DNA of 64,000 bases from a virus (lineage: Duplodnaviria; Caudoviricetes), in the IMG/VR virus record IMGVR_UViG_3300033069_001819, positions 5,241 through 69,240 of that record. One strand, 5' to 3'. The notes below the pieces were generated by a model. It was not told where the DNA came from. It worked only from the letters and a program-made list of their open reading frames with translations, and did not search any database. Position 1 is the first letter of the stretch; the number at the start of each line of letters is the position of its first letter. This document shows positions 8,434 through 17,898 of the stretch, one piece after another. Both the position numbers and the translations under genes were made by a program.

Positions 8434-9132
8434 ATGGGGGTCGTACGCGGCAACGCGAAACTCGGAAAAAGTATCTACCACTGGTCCATTCCTGCGGACG
8501 AGCGTATCTGCCACACGGCTTCCAGCCTGTGCGCGGATCTCTGCTACGCCCGGCGAGGACACTTTCGCCAGAGCAACGTAAAGAACAGTCTCGAGCAGAA
8601 TTACCTGCGCAGTCGGCAGCCCGGCTTCGTGCAGTACATCACCGACGTAATTCGCGAAGAGGCGATCGCCGTCTTCCGGATTCACGCCAGCGGCGAGTTC
8701 TACTCTGCGTCCTACATACGCAACTGGATCAACATCACGCGGCGGGCACCGCGGACCGAGTTCTTCGGCTATACCCGATCCTGGCGTGAACCGTCGTTCA
8801 TCCCGGCCCTGACAGCACTGGCTGCCCGGCCGAACGTCCGGCTCTGGCTGAGCTCGGATTCCGAAACCGGTCCGCCGCCGGAGATGGAGCACACGCGGAC
8901 CGCCTACATGCAGTCCGAGCACAGCGACGCTCCCGCCTTCCCGGTCGATCTTGTCTTCCGGGTCAAGCGGAATGTGGTCGCAAAACGTGTCGCCGGCGTT
9001 ATGGTCTGCCCGGTGGAAAATGCCGTAACTCATACCACCTGTCAGCAGTGTCAGCTGTGCTTCCGTGCACAGCATCACCTGGATCGAATCAACGATTATC
9101 AGCGAACCGGTTCTCTGGCAGTCGTCTCGTAA
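8434..9132 (+). CDS. Phage Gp88-like protein
   Basis: GNAKLG, C-x3-S-x2-C-x3-CYA, FRIHASGEFY, YTRSW, and C-terminal CP...TCxxCxLC. Confidence 0.8.
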   Translation: MGVVRGNAKLGKSIYHWSIPADERICHTASSLCADLCYARRGHFRQSNVKNSLEQNYLRSRQPGFVQYITDVIREEAIAVFRIHASGEFYSASYIRNWINITRRAPRTEFFGYTRSWREPSFIPALTALAARPNVRLWLSSDSETGPPPEMEHTRTAYMQSEHSDAPAFPVDLVFRVKRNVVAKRVAGVMVCPVENAVTHTTCQQCQLCFRAQHHLDRINDYQRTGSLAVVS

Positions 9133-10294
9133 GCTGCACGGCCAGCTTCTCGAGCTCGTTGTCCGGGATGGCCAGGGCCCCGCCGGCCTTGGCGAACTGC
9201 GAGTGCTCGCCAACCTCGGACATGAGCTGCTCCAGCTGGCGGGCGCTCGCACGTGGCAATGTCTTGGCGAACGAAGCGAACTTGTCGCCATCCACGGCAA
9301 AGCCCGTACATACCTGGTTCGCGACATCGGTACCGAAGTCCGCTTCAATCATGTCGCGGGACAGCTTCTCGAACTGTCCGTTCGCGTAAGTTGCGTCCGT
9401 CGACAGCGCACAGAGCGCCGCGACATCAGCTGCGACCTTGCGGTGCGTGAGCCCGAACAACACTTCTTCCGGACGCTTGAGCTGTTCGGAGTAGTGCGAA
9501 CGCAGCCCGAGCATGTCGTCGATATCCTCGATGACACTCGCGAGCTTCGTCGTATCCACTGTCGAGAGGAGCAGCTGCGGCGTCTGCCGGATAAGCTCCG
9601 CCATCTTCGTGATCTCGGCTCGCTGGCTGGCCTTCTTCGCGAACGAGGCGCGCTGCCGGATCGCCGTGTCCAGGGCGTCGACATCCGGCAGACCGTTACC
9701 CGCCTGCATGTCGAGGAAGTGCAGCTGCTCGTCCGACAGACCGACGCCGACCGTGCCTGCCTTTTCGAGGATGCGGGAGGCTACCTTCTGTCGGTCTTCG
9801 TAGATCATCTGGTCGCGGACAGATTCGAGCCAGTCTGCGGCCTGTTTGATTTCTTGCGCTGTGCGTAGTGGGTAAAACCGTTGCACGCCCTGCTCCGGGT
9901 TGTCCCAGATATAGGCGAAGTCGCTATCCGGAATCTCTTCCGAAGCGTGCAGTGCCGCGGACTTTTCCTGCAGACTGGCCAGCTCGGTCGTGATGCCGAA
10001 GTACTCGGCGAACTTCTGCAGCCGATCAGCTACGTAGGCCCTCCGGTCTTCCGGAAGCGTCGCCTTGTGCTCCTGGAAATAGAGGCTCGAAAGCCAGGTT
10101 GACGCCGGCGTGTGGCAGGCGAACTTTCGTTGCCCGGCGTCCGCGTAAGCGTTCGACACGATATCCTGTTCACCGAGAAGGTCGTCGACAGCTGCATTCT
10201 TGACAAAGTCCGGGAACTCGTACAAGCTGGCCAGACGCATCAGTTCCGCGCCGGTCGTATCGCTTGCAGGATCGAGAATCGCTTCGTGAGTCAT
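9089..10294 (-). CDS. Hypothetical phage protein, possibly structural or morphogenetic
   Basis: 401-aa minus-strand ORF with GGAG RBS; carries several K-x-A motifs (VKNAA, EKSAA, AKKAS). Confidence 0.8.
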   Translation of the reverse strand: MTHEAILDPASDTTGAELMRLASLYEFPDFVKNAAVDDLLGEQDIVSNAYADAGQRKFACHTPASTWLSSLYFQEHKATLPEDRRAYVADRLQKFAEYFGITTELASLQEKSAALHASEEIPDSDFAYIWDNPEQGVQRFYPLRTAQEIKQAADWLESVRDQMIYEDRQKVASRILEKAGTVGVGLSDEQLHFLDMQAGNGLPDVDALDTAIRQRASFAKKASQRAEITKMAELIRQTPQLLLSTVDTTKLASVIEDIDDMLGLRSHYSEQLKRPEEVLFGLTHRKVAADVAALCALSTDATYANGQFEKLSRDMIEADFGTDVANQVCTGFAVDGDKFASFAKTLPRASARQLEQLMSEVGEHSQFAKAGGALAIPDNELEKLAVQLTRRLPENRFADNR

Positions 10295-10321
10295 TCTTTT
10301 CGTCTCCGTGCGCTACACCAG

Positions 10322-12490
10322 ATGTTACGGCTTCCGACGTTAGCCCCTTTCCTGGGGCTTGGAGTAGCGGCGAATCCTGCTGTCAGCGCCGTCTGTCCTT
10401 ATTGCCGTGTACGTGCGTGGTACACCACCCATGATACCGGAGCAAATGCCGTTTGGCACTATTGTGTAGCCTGCGGCAAGTCCGGGCACATGCTGGACCT
10501 GCTGAGCCACAGACAGGGGCTGAACCCGAGCGAGCTGTTCCCTTTTCTGCGAAACGAGCTACGGCTGCCGATACCTGCCGCGATGGAGCAGGCGTACAAA
10601 GACTACCGGCGTACGATCCAGGCGTTCGCTCTTACCTTCAGAGAAGCACAGAAGGGGCTGCTCGCTCCTACGCAGAAACAGCGTGAGCTCCTGCGTAAGC
10701 TTGGTCTGCTCGCTTCGACGCAGCTCAGTTCCGAGCGGTGGTTCGAGGGCATGTGCCAGTTCTGCGGCATCACGGACCTGTCCGTGCTCCGAAGTCGCAA
10801 GCTGCCTGTGCCTGTTCGCGGTGACGCCTCATGCGTCGTCGTGCCGTTCTGCGTCGTGCCGGGCTTCGCACATCGGCTGCACTTGATCATGGAAGACATG
10901 ACCTGGGATCTGACCGCTGCCGAGCTCGTCGATCCGACGTCGCGAGACAACGCACCGGCCTACGCCGGAATGCAACTCCTGCACAAGAGCGACGCACGCT
11001 GGTTCGTAGGCACGACCATGGTCGACATGCTGTTGCGAGCGCAGGTTCGCCGTCTGTCGACGGATCCGGACCCGTTGCCGATGTTCGGCTGGACGGCCAG
11101 GGAAGAAGCGGTTCACCTTCCAGATATCACGCTGCTGCAGAGTCGGCCTGTCGTGCTTTGGGAACGGACGCTGTCGCCGCACGTGCTTCAGCTGGCGGAA
11201 ATGCTTGGCGCCAAGATCGCTATCGGGCGACCGGACACCCCGCTGGAGCCCGGACGTTCCTTCTCTCGTACGATGCTTCGCTCGTTCGTTGACAAGACAT
11301 CACCGTACGATCTGTGCGACAAGCTGCGGCAGCATGCCTTGGCGCCACGCAGCGTGCTGTGGCGGTGGTGGGGTCAGGCGACTGAACCGGACAAGCTCCG
11401 GATGTACGACGCCTGCAAACGGTTCTCTGACACGACAGCGAACATGGTCCGCAACCTGCCTGGACGACCGCACAAGGTCCCGCGGCCGTGGCAGCCTGTT
11501 CGAGTCGGCAAGGGCAGTTACACGGTACGCAAGCACCAGCTCTACGACGCGGAGGGTCGTATGGTGTCCGCCTACACGTTCGATATCCGTCGCATCGTCT
11601 GGGTACGCGGTAACCTGTTCTGCCTTGTCGGCAAAGTTCGCTCGCTGCGCAAGGTGTACCACCTGCGATTTTACGCCAGGTACACGAACGCATGGCAGCC
11701 GTTACGAACCGGAAACCTTACTGCTTCGCTTCTTGCCGCCGGGCTCGAGACCGGCGCGTTCGCTGCCATGCCGGCGAACAAGCTGTTCAAGCTTCTCACG
11801 TACGTAAGCCTTCGCACGCGAAAACCGCTTACGGAACGTGGCACGAATGTCGCCGGCTGGCGGAAGAACATCTTCTGGCTGCCTGACTGCCGTGTCGGCA
11901 AGGGCGTGCGTCCTCGACGCTATAACCTGCTTCCCGGAGCACCAGGTTTAAGGCAGGTACCCTCGCAGCCATCCTTCGGCCGCGATACCTCCGGCTACCG
12001 AGCTGAAATTCGTGAACTTTATTGGTCGCTCCTGTTCGCCCTGTGTGTGCAGGCTACAGCGCAGCGAGCAGGACCGCTGCCCGGCGGCATCGTTCTGCGC
12101 GATCCACCTTCCACGCTGGTGCGTACTTTGCAGAAAACACTGGCTCTGCAGATACCGTCAAAAACCGGTTTTTGGCCGCATGACTGGCCCTACTTCTACG
12201 CCGATCGCGCGGCATCCTCCGGGAACACAGCGCTTTTCGTCGCGGAAAAGGAAGACGACTTTGTCGCTTCGTCGGCTTTCTGTCGTGTGTTCTTCCAGGA
12301 TATTCCATGGATTTCCACGGATTTCCACGCATCGCTGGTATCGTCGCTGACGAGCTGGTTGGCCTGGTTGTCGGTTCGACCGCGTGTAGCTTCCTGGCAC
12401 GAGTGCATAGCAGTCACGAAGCAACAGTTCGAGGTCTTCTGCCCGGGCTCTACGCAGCACCTCGGCGCTGTCGAGCTGTCGGATCAGTAA
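10322..12490 (+). CDS. Large protein with N-terminal primase-type zinc-binding domain
   Basis: Probable start ATG 10322; CPYC...WHYCVACGKSGHMLDLL resembles the zf-CHC2 domain; the remainder is unrecognised. Confidence 0.65.
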   Translation: MLRLPTLAPFLGLGVAANPAVSAVCPYCRVRAWYTTHDTGANAVWHYCVACGKSGHMLDLLSHRQGLNPSELFPFLRNELRLPIPAAMEQAYKDYRRTIQAFALTFREAQKGLLAPTQKQRELLRKLGLLASTQLSSERWFEGMCQFCGITDLSVLRSRKLPVPVRGDASCVVVPFCVVPGFAHRLHLIMEDMTWDLTAAELVDPTSRDNAPAYAGMQLLHKSDARWFVGTTMVDMLLRAQVRRLSTDPDPLPMFGWTAREEAVHLPDITLLQSRPVVLWERTLSPHVLQLAEMLGAKIAIGRPDTPLEPGRSFSRTMLRSFVDKTSPYDLCDKLRQHALAPRSVLWRWWGQATEPDKLRMYDACKRFSDTTANMVRNLPGRPHKVPRPWQPVRVGKGSYTVRKHQLYDAEGRMVSAYTFDIRRIVWVRGNLFCLVGKVRSLRKVYHLRFYARYTNAWQPLRTGNLTASLLAAGLETGAFAAMPANKLFKLLTYVSLRTRKPLTERGTNVAGWRKNIFWLPDCRVGKGVRPRRYNLLPGAPGLRQVPSQPSFGRDTSGYRAEIRELYWSLLFALCVQATAQRAGPLPGGIVLRDPPSTLVRTLQKTLALQIPSKTGFWPHDWPYFYADRAASSGNTALFVAEKEDDFVASSAFCRVFFQDIPWISTDFHASLVSSLTSWLAWLSVRPRVASWHECIAVTKQQFEVFCPGSTQHLGAVELSDQ
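12159..12174. repeat. Dispersed palindrome copy 2 (CAAAAACCGGTTTTTG, perfect palindrome)
   Basis: Read directly; intragenic (encodes SKTGFW). Confidence 0.95.
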
Positions 12491-14355
12491 AGAAAAGTGG
12501 GCGGCGTGTTCAGCATGTCGAACTCGTCGTCCGTCATGTCGATGTCCGAGAACTGCGCCAGGTTCGGATACTGACCCTGCAGGGCATAGAGCATGAAGAC
12601 GCCGATGTTCACCGCCTGGGCGAAGTCGTCGGGTCCGCTCGGATCACGCAGAATCTTGTAGGACGTGCGGCCGGAGCCGGAGTCCTTCTTGTCTTCGATT
12701 AACCGCATGAAGTCGTGCAGCAGACCCGGGTCGTCGACGCTCTTGTAGTCGTAAGCGAAGAACTTGACGATTCCGCTTTTGATGAACTGGCACAGGTAGT
12801 TCAGCGCACGCGTCTTGTCCATCGTGTAATGCGGACGCGGGTGTTTGAGCGTAGGCGGCTTGAAGTTGACGATACCGAACTTGGCGGGCCCGACGTACGC
12901 GACCGGAAGGATCCGAGTCATCGGCAGCCCGGCATCCTTCAGCAGGGTCTCGCGCACGACGCCGGCGCCGGAGTAGTCGTGCGCGACGTGGCTGGCTCGA
13001 AACTCACGCAGCAGCTGCAGGGTGATGTCGACGTCACCGCTGTGGTCGTTCGGCTCCTCGTTCCTGCGACCGAAGATCACGTCCACAGTCAGATCTGACT
13101 TCAGACAGCAGACTGCGTACGTTGTGTACGACTGCAGCTCGAACTCGCTTTTCCCGCGGTTGACGCCGCCGCCACCCCAGTCCACCGCGATGATGCGGTG
13201 CAGGTATCGACCGAGCGGCGCCTTCTTGGCCTCAGCCAGCTCGCAGGGCCAGGGCAGGCAGGCGGCTTTCTTCACGTCGGACAGCGTCACCAGCCGCGAA
13301 CCATGGTCGTAGGACTCACCTGCGACTTCGTTCATGAACGTGACACGCCTGCGCTGCTTGTTGAGCAGTATCTTCCACTTGTCCGGCCGTGCGTAGTGCA
13401 TCGGCATGATCGTCTGCGGAACGTGGTACCCTGCGAAGTCCCACCGGCGGTCACGGAAGCGATGCTCCCAGCGACCGAAGCCACCCTGCGACGGTGGACG
13501 TGGTCTCAGCGGTTTGCGGCACTTCGCGCAGACCAGACCTGGCGTTTCTTCGGAGATGTCGTCGTGGTGCGGGCCCAGCATCGCCTCGAAGTCGTATTCG
13601 AGAGCCGGTATGTTCCAGTGCCCGCAACCGCCGTGGTGGCACTTGATGACCCATTCGGCCATCGAGCTTTCGGTCCAGAGCTTCTCAAGCGTGTTGTCGA
13701 GCGACAACGGCGTTCCGGAGTACTGCTCGATACCCCAGTCCAGTGATGCCGCGATCGTTTCCTGTACGATGGGCAGGAAACCGATGTCGAACCCCTGGAT
13801 TTCGTCGATCGCCAGCTTGTCGGCGCTGATACCCCGCGTACGCTCCGCATCGAGGTACGCGAACGAAAAGATCATCTGCGAGTAGTTCGAGAATGTCTTC
13901 TGTAGAACGCTGTTGTTCTCGCCGGAGCTCATGAACAATTCGCGAACCGGGCTCTGTTCGATGAACCGCCCGACGTAGTTCTGACTGAACCGGCGCACCT
14001 GCTCAAACAGGGGCGTCAGGTACAGAGTACTGAAGTGCGGAATCGTCGTGCTCTGCGTGATCCCCTGGGACGCGAGCGACGTCGATTTCGACACCTGCCG
14101 ACCCGTCTTCAACAACGTTCTCTTCGGCACCTTGGTGCGGAAGAACGGATCGAACGGGTAGTGGTTATCCAGGATCAGCGGCTTGCCCTTGATGGACAGC
14201 AGCAAGGGCAGATACGGTTTGATGGACAACGAACCGGCTCGGATCAGCTTGTTCGACAGCTCTTCCATGCCGGAGACCAGTGCGGCGCGTTCGTCGCGTT
14301 GCCTTGTCATCTGGCCAGGGGAGAACTTAGCCACCGAACCTTGTATCGAAGCCAT
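12484..14355 (-). CDS. Terminase large subunit (GpA-like)
   Basis: Walker A GRQVSKS, Walker B LAIDEIQ, coupling motif SGTP, Zn ribbon (CHHGGC...CAKC), nuclease AVDWGGG and DDFAQA. Start uncertain (14355 or 14415). Confidence 0.9.
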   Translation of the reverse strand: MASIQGSVAKFSPGQMTRQRDERAALVSGMEELSNKLIRAGSLSIKPYLPLLLSIKGKPLILDNHYPFDPFFRTKVPKRTLLKTGRQVSKSTSLASQGITQSTTIPHFSTLYLTPLFEQVRRFSQNYVGRFIEQSPVRELFMSSGENNSVLQKTFSNYSQMIFSFAYLDAERTRGISADKLAIDEIQGFDIGFLPIVQETIAASLDWGIEQYSGTPLSLDNTLEKLWTESSMAEWVIKCHHGGCGHWNIPALEYDFEAMLGPHHDDISEETPGLVCAKCRKPLRPRPPSQGGFGRWEHRFRDRRWDFAGYHVPQTIMPMHYARPDKWKILLNKQRRRVTFMNEVAGESYDHGSRLVTLSDVKKAACLPWPCELAEAKKAPLGRYLHRIIAVDWGGGGVNRGKSEFELQSYTTYAVCCLKSDLTVDVIFGRRNEEPNDHSGDVDITLQLLREFRASHVAHDYSGAGVVRETLLKDAGLPMTRILPVAYVGPAKFGIVNFKPPTLKHPRPHYTMDKTRALNYLCQFIKSGIVKFFAYDYKSVDDPGLLHDFMRLIEDKKDSGSGRTSYKILRDPSGPDDFAQAVNIGVFMLYALQGQYPNLAQFSDIDMTDDEFDMLNTPPTFLY

Positions 14356-14608
14356 ATAGACACCGTAAGACTTTGCATGGCCGCAGAGTGTGTCACCCCG
14401 GGCAGACGTTATCATGGAGGATAGCGGATTGCCCTATCGCTGTCATTCGCGGAGTACGACCGGATGTCTTCCAGCAGCGCCTTTCATTTCATGGCTCGAA
14501 ACCACCTCCGCGGGCACAACATGCCTTCTCCGAGGTTCGACGTAGGGCAGGCCAAGGTTCACAGGCTTCCGGTCACGGACGGCCTGGCGATCAACGCCCT
14601 GCTCCTCC

Positions 14609-14818
14609 ATGAAGGCGCTCCGATACCGGATCGCATTGTTCTTCCAGATTGGTCTACTCCGACCGATTCGGAGGATTCCGCAAGTGTCTCCTAGTAACGC
14701 CATGTACGTTTTCGGTCTGCTCCTGTACTCTCTGTGGCTATGTGCGCAGGGTTCGGTTTCCATGGGCCTGTGGCTGCTTGTCGGCGCATACGGTCTGTGG
14801 AGAGCGGCAGGAACATGA
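14609..14818 (+). CDS. Small membrane protein
   Basis: Two hydrophobic segments (YVFGLLLYSLWL; MGLWLLVGAYGLW). Confidence 0.5.
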   Translation: MKALRYRIALFFQIGLLRPIRRIPQVSPSNAMYVFGLLLYSLWLCAQGSVSMGLWLLVGAYGLWRAAGT

Positions 14819-14834
14819 TCAGGAAACTTACGGC

Positions 14835-15188
14835 ATGACTTCGCTTCTCGTAACTGCTTTGGCTACGTGGCAAATCGTCGAGGTGTGGCACCACTCTCTG
14901 CTCATGGCTCGACCTCGAGCTGCGGCAGAGCTGTGGGACAACAAGCTCGGCGAACTCCTGTCGTGCCCCTGGTGCCTGTCCGTCTGGGCTGGCGCCGCGT
15001 GTACGATCCTCTCAGCGTTGCCAGGCAGTTACGGAGCGGCGTTTTCGTTGCTGGTACAGGCTCTCGCGGCGTCACGGCTTGCAAACGTCGGTAACGATGT
15101 GTTTCATGGGTACTGCCGTACCCCGAGATTCACGCTACCGGAGCTCGCAGCCGATGTCCGAATCGACCCAGAAGAAACTGCTGTTTGA
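14835..15188 (+). CDS. DUF1360-like membrane protein
   Basis: LATWQIV...GELLSCPWCLSVW...ALAAS signature. Confidence 0.8.
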   Translation: MTSLLVTALATWQIVEVWHHSLLMARPRAAAELWDNKLGELLSCPWCLSVWAGAACTILSALPGSYGAAFSLLVQALAASRLANVGNDVFHGYCRTPRFTLPELAADVRIDPEETAV

Positions 15189-15540
15189 CGAAAAACTGAA
15201 CGCACTTTTTCGTCCTGTGGCGAATACCGCCTTTACGGCGGTCGACGAGTTACGTTCTGTCGTGATCGTTTACGACTTCTACGACAAGCTCAACGACGCT
15301 CCTGGCGTCAGTAAGGGCTTGTGGCTGTCTGCAGACGGGAACGATCCCCGTCCACCCGACGCGATCGTCGGGTCGATGCTCAACACGCTCCAGTGTGTTG
15401 CGCACATGCTCGACGACGCATTTCACCTTTGCGAGGAAAAAAAGCAGGAGCTGGTCGAAGTGTCTCGCCAGTTGCTGGAAAAACGCAAGGAACTGTCCGA
15501 TGCCGAGCGATCCACGGCAGGAGCTCCTCAAAAAGCTTGA
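15154..15540 (+). CDS. Hypothetical protein with C-terminal coiled coil
   Basis: Probable ATG 15154; heptad-like C-terminus. Confidence 0.7.
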   Translation: MSESTQKKLLFDEKLNALFRPVANTAFTAVDELRSVVIVYDFYDKLNDAPGVSKGLWLSADGNDPRPPDAIVGSMLNTLQCVAHMLDDAFHLCEEKKQELVEVSRQLLEKRKELSDAERSTAGAPQKA

Positions 15541-15916
15541 AGCCAGGATCCGGGAAGCGACGCAAAAACCAGTTTTTGCGTCTCCACCCGGCACGAAAAA
15601 AACACCATCGGTTCGTAAAAACTCACGCAAGGAAGCGGACACTAAAAAGAAGGTAGGCAGTACTGACGGCTACCCTGACGATCTGGCTTTGGCGTGGATC
15701 CCCAGGGTAAGCACGACGTACGTCTGTGCCTCCTGTCATAGCCGGTTGCCGGGCGGAACCCGGCACTGGCGTCTGCTCTCGAAACGCTCGCGTACCTGGT
15801 GGTGCGCGCGCTGCATGTCCATCCACTGCAGTTATCCGCTACCGGAGAATATCCCTCATGTCGAACAAGGTCGTCCGCGCAGAATCCGGTCTACGATTCC
15901 GCAACAACCGCGGTAA
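15500..15916 (+). CDS. Basic zinc-finger protein
   Basis: Probable ATG 15500; CASC...WWCARC; Lys-rich N-terminus. Confidence 0.6.
   Translation: MPSDPRQELLKKLEARIREATQKPVFASPPGTKKTPSVRKNSRKEADTKKKVGSTDGYPDDLALAWIPRVSTTYVCASCHSRLPGGTRHWRLLSKRSRTWWCARCMSIHCSYPLPENIPHVEQGRPRRIRSTIPQQPR
15559..15582. repeat. Dispersed palindrome copy 3, extended (GACGCAAAAACCAGTTTTTGCGTC)
   Basis: Read directly; 24 bp palindrome apart from the central 2 bases. Confidence 0.95.
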
Positions 15917-16082
15917 TCACTGCCTGCAGCTCAGTATCCAGAAAATCAGCAACGGGTATACACTTAGAGCCGGTGCTGCACCCGTCTACTTCCCCTCTCT
16001 CCGCGTTCTTTCCGACACATTGGCAACGGAACTCCGTAGGCTCGAGGAGAACATGGACACAACGAAGGAACAAGTCGAATGA
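15858..16082 (+). CDS. Hypothetical protein
   Basis: GGAGA RBS, ATG 15858. Confidence 0.55.
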   Translation: MSNKVVRAESGLRFRNNRGNHCLQLSIQKISNGYTLRAGAAPVYFPSLRVLSDTLATELRRLEENMDTTKEQVE

Positions 16083-16168
16083 AGCTACCTGACATCTACA
16101 TCACGCCGCTCGAATGGGTCCTCGCGGGCGTGCTGCTCGTCGCGATTCTCGTCGCGTTTCTCCTCTGA
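16079..16168 (+). CDS. 29-aa single-TM peptide (absent from ORF track)
   Basis: ATGA overlap; MKLPDIYITPLEWVLAGVLLVAILVAFLL. Confidence 0.55.
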   Translation: MKLPDIYITPLEWVLAGVLLVAILVAFLL

Positions 16169-16241
16169 CCTGCCAGGCGTTTGCCTGGGCCACCGTTCGT
16201 CCGCTACCCTGTACGTAGTTTTCGGCAAAACAGGGGTGACG

Positions 16242-16580
16242 ATGCAGATCTATGGCGGGTCGGACTGGCGAAACAAGACGTACAGCCGTATGAACGTCTG
16301 GCAGCTGCAGCAGGCGCATCTGCCGCCTGCGCACAAAACGGAGCAGCAGCGTAACGCCGAGCTGTCCGTCGGCGACATCGGATTGTCTTCCCGTGTCGCC
16401 AATCAGCTGGAAGAAGCCAGCGTCTTCACGGTCCAGGATCTTCTTGCGCAGCAGGAAGACGTGATCGAGGCATTGTCGTTTCTTGGCGCCCGCGCCATGA
16501 AGGAATGCTGCCGGGCGCTGCGTAATCTCGGTTTCGACAATCAGTACTGTCATGTGGCCAGAAAACCGAAGCGGCGCTGA
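16242..16580 (+). CDS. RNA polymerase alpha-CTD-like protein
   Basis: LSVGDIGLSSRVANQLEEASVFTVQDLL...LSFLGARAMKEC matches the alpha-CTD helix-hairpin-helix pattern (VDDLELTVRSANCLK...GDLV...NLGKKSLTEI). Confidence 0.8.
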   Translation: MQIYGGSDWRNKTYSRMNVWQLQQAHLPPAHKTEQQRNAELSVGDIGLSSRVANQLEEASVFTVQDLLAQQEDVIEALSFLGARAMKECCRALRNLGFDNQYCHVARKPKRR

Positions 16581-17317
16581 TGTACGAAACTCTCGTCATC
16601 GTGCCTACGCTTCGCAGCCACGCGTTGCGCTACCGCCTTTTCGACCAGCTCTGGCACGATAAGGGCGTGGGCAAGGTACTGGTCTACGACAACGGAAACT
16701 CGTTCGGGATTCCGGACAAGAAAAAGCAGATCTGGAGCAAGATCCAGATCGTGCGACCTGGGCAGAACCTCGGCTGGGCCGCTTCGTGTATTGCCGGCAT
16801 GGAAGCTGCCCTGGCCGTAGGCATGCCCTACGTCGCGTGTCTGAACGACGACGTCACGTTATCGCCGAACTACTTTTTAGCACTGCGGGACAGCGTCCGC
16901 GCACAAACGGATGTCGGATTGGTATCGTCACTGTACTCCGACAAGTTCTGCGCCGCCGCGCACTGCGCCGCCACACGCAAAACATGGCGCCCGCAATCGC
17001 GGGAGGTCGACGTACCCTACATCGACGGCACCTGCATGTTCATGCCGCTGTCGACGATTCAGCGCGTCGGCGTATTGGACCCGGGGTTCGACGAACCGCA
17101 CTGGGGTCTGGACGTCGACTACAGCTGGCGGGTTCGCCAGGCCGGCCTTCGCGTCATCGTGACTCAGCGTGCGATGCTGTGGCACGCCGGTGGTATGACG
17201 GGCGACCAGGTCTACGGCGGCAAACAGAATCGATTACGTAAAGGGCAGGAGCAGCTGGGTCGAAACCTGGCCGCGAAATACGGTGAAGACTGGCGACGCG
17301 TGATGTCGCCGGCGTAA
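16580..17317 (+). CDS. Glycosyltransferase family 2
   Basis: VIVPT, VYDNG, NLGW, LNDD (DxD-like), GTCM, DVDYSWR, LWH motifs. Confidence 0.88.
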   Translation: MYETLVIVPTLRSHALRYRLFDQLWHDKGVGKVLVYDNGNSFGIPDKKKQIWSKIQIVRPGQNLGWAASCIAGMEAALAVGMPYVACLNDDVTLSPNYFLALRDSVRAQTDVGLVSSLYSDKFCAAAHCAATRKTWRPQSREVDVPYIDGTCMFMPLSTIQRVGVLDPGFDEPHWGLDVDYSWRVRQAGLRVIVTQRAMLWHAGGMTGDQVYGGKQNRLRKGQEQLGRNLAAKYGEDWRRVMSPA

Positions 17318-17343
17318 CGAGAAGAAAACGTCAGGAGATATGA

Positions 17344-17898
17344 ATGCCGACCCAGCAGGCATCCTGGGCAGAACGGCAGGCGCAGCGTCGCGCCCGTCGT
17401 GACTTGGTCTCGCTTCGATTCTTGATCAGGGCAGATGGCGGTTACGTCGATATCCGACAGCCGGCCGGAAACATCGTCGCTAAAAAGAGCGGCTTCAATC
17501 GACGGATTCACAGGTACGGCGAGACGATTCACTTTTTCGGTATCGTCCAGCGGCTACTGGCGGAACGCTGCGGGCTTATGCTCGCGCGTAAGACCGTATG
17601 GAAGGACACGCAGTTTTGCCACATGTACGGGCACGAACACTCTGTGTATCTCCGTACGCGAACTCGCGATAAGACAAGTAGACTGGTTTCGCACATCTGG
17701 CTCTACGATCCCAACGAGGCAGTGCGGAACATCGCACAGGAGTTCAACCGTGGAGAAGAAGTGCGCCTGCGGCTGAACGGCGACATTTTCCAGGAACGAG
17801 ACAAGCCGCCGAAGCAGCCGAACTGGGCAGAGCTTCTGTGCGCCCGGCTCGAGGGGAAGCACAACATCGTCGTCGAACGACCGGGAGCGCGTGTATGA
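17344..17898 (+). CDS. Hypothetical protein
   Basis: AGGAG RBS; 184-aa ORF. Confidence 0.7.
   Translation: MPTQQASWAERQAQRRARRDLVSLRFLIRADGGYVDIRQPAGNIVAKKSGFNRRIHRYGETIHFFGIVQRLLAERCGLMLARKTVWKDTQFCHMYGHEHSVYLRTRTRDKTSRLVSHIWLYDPNEAVRNIAQEFNRGEEVRLRLNGDIFQERDKPPKQPNWAELLCARLEGKHNIVVERPGARV

Noticed and set aside
10112-10321. N-terminal extension of the 792-aa ORF in the track
   Set aside because: It overlaps the minus-strand gene 9089-10294, which has a good RBS; ATG 10322 is the more plausible start.
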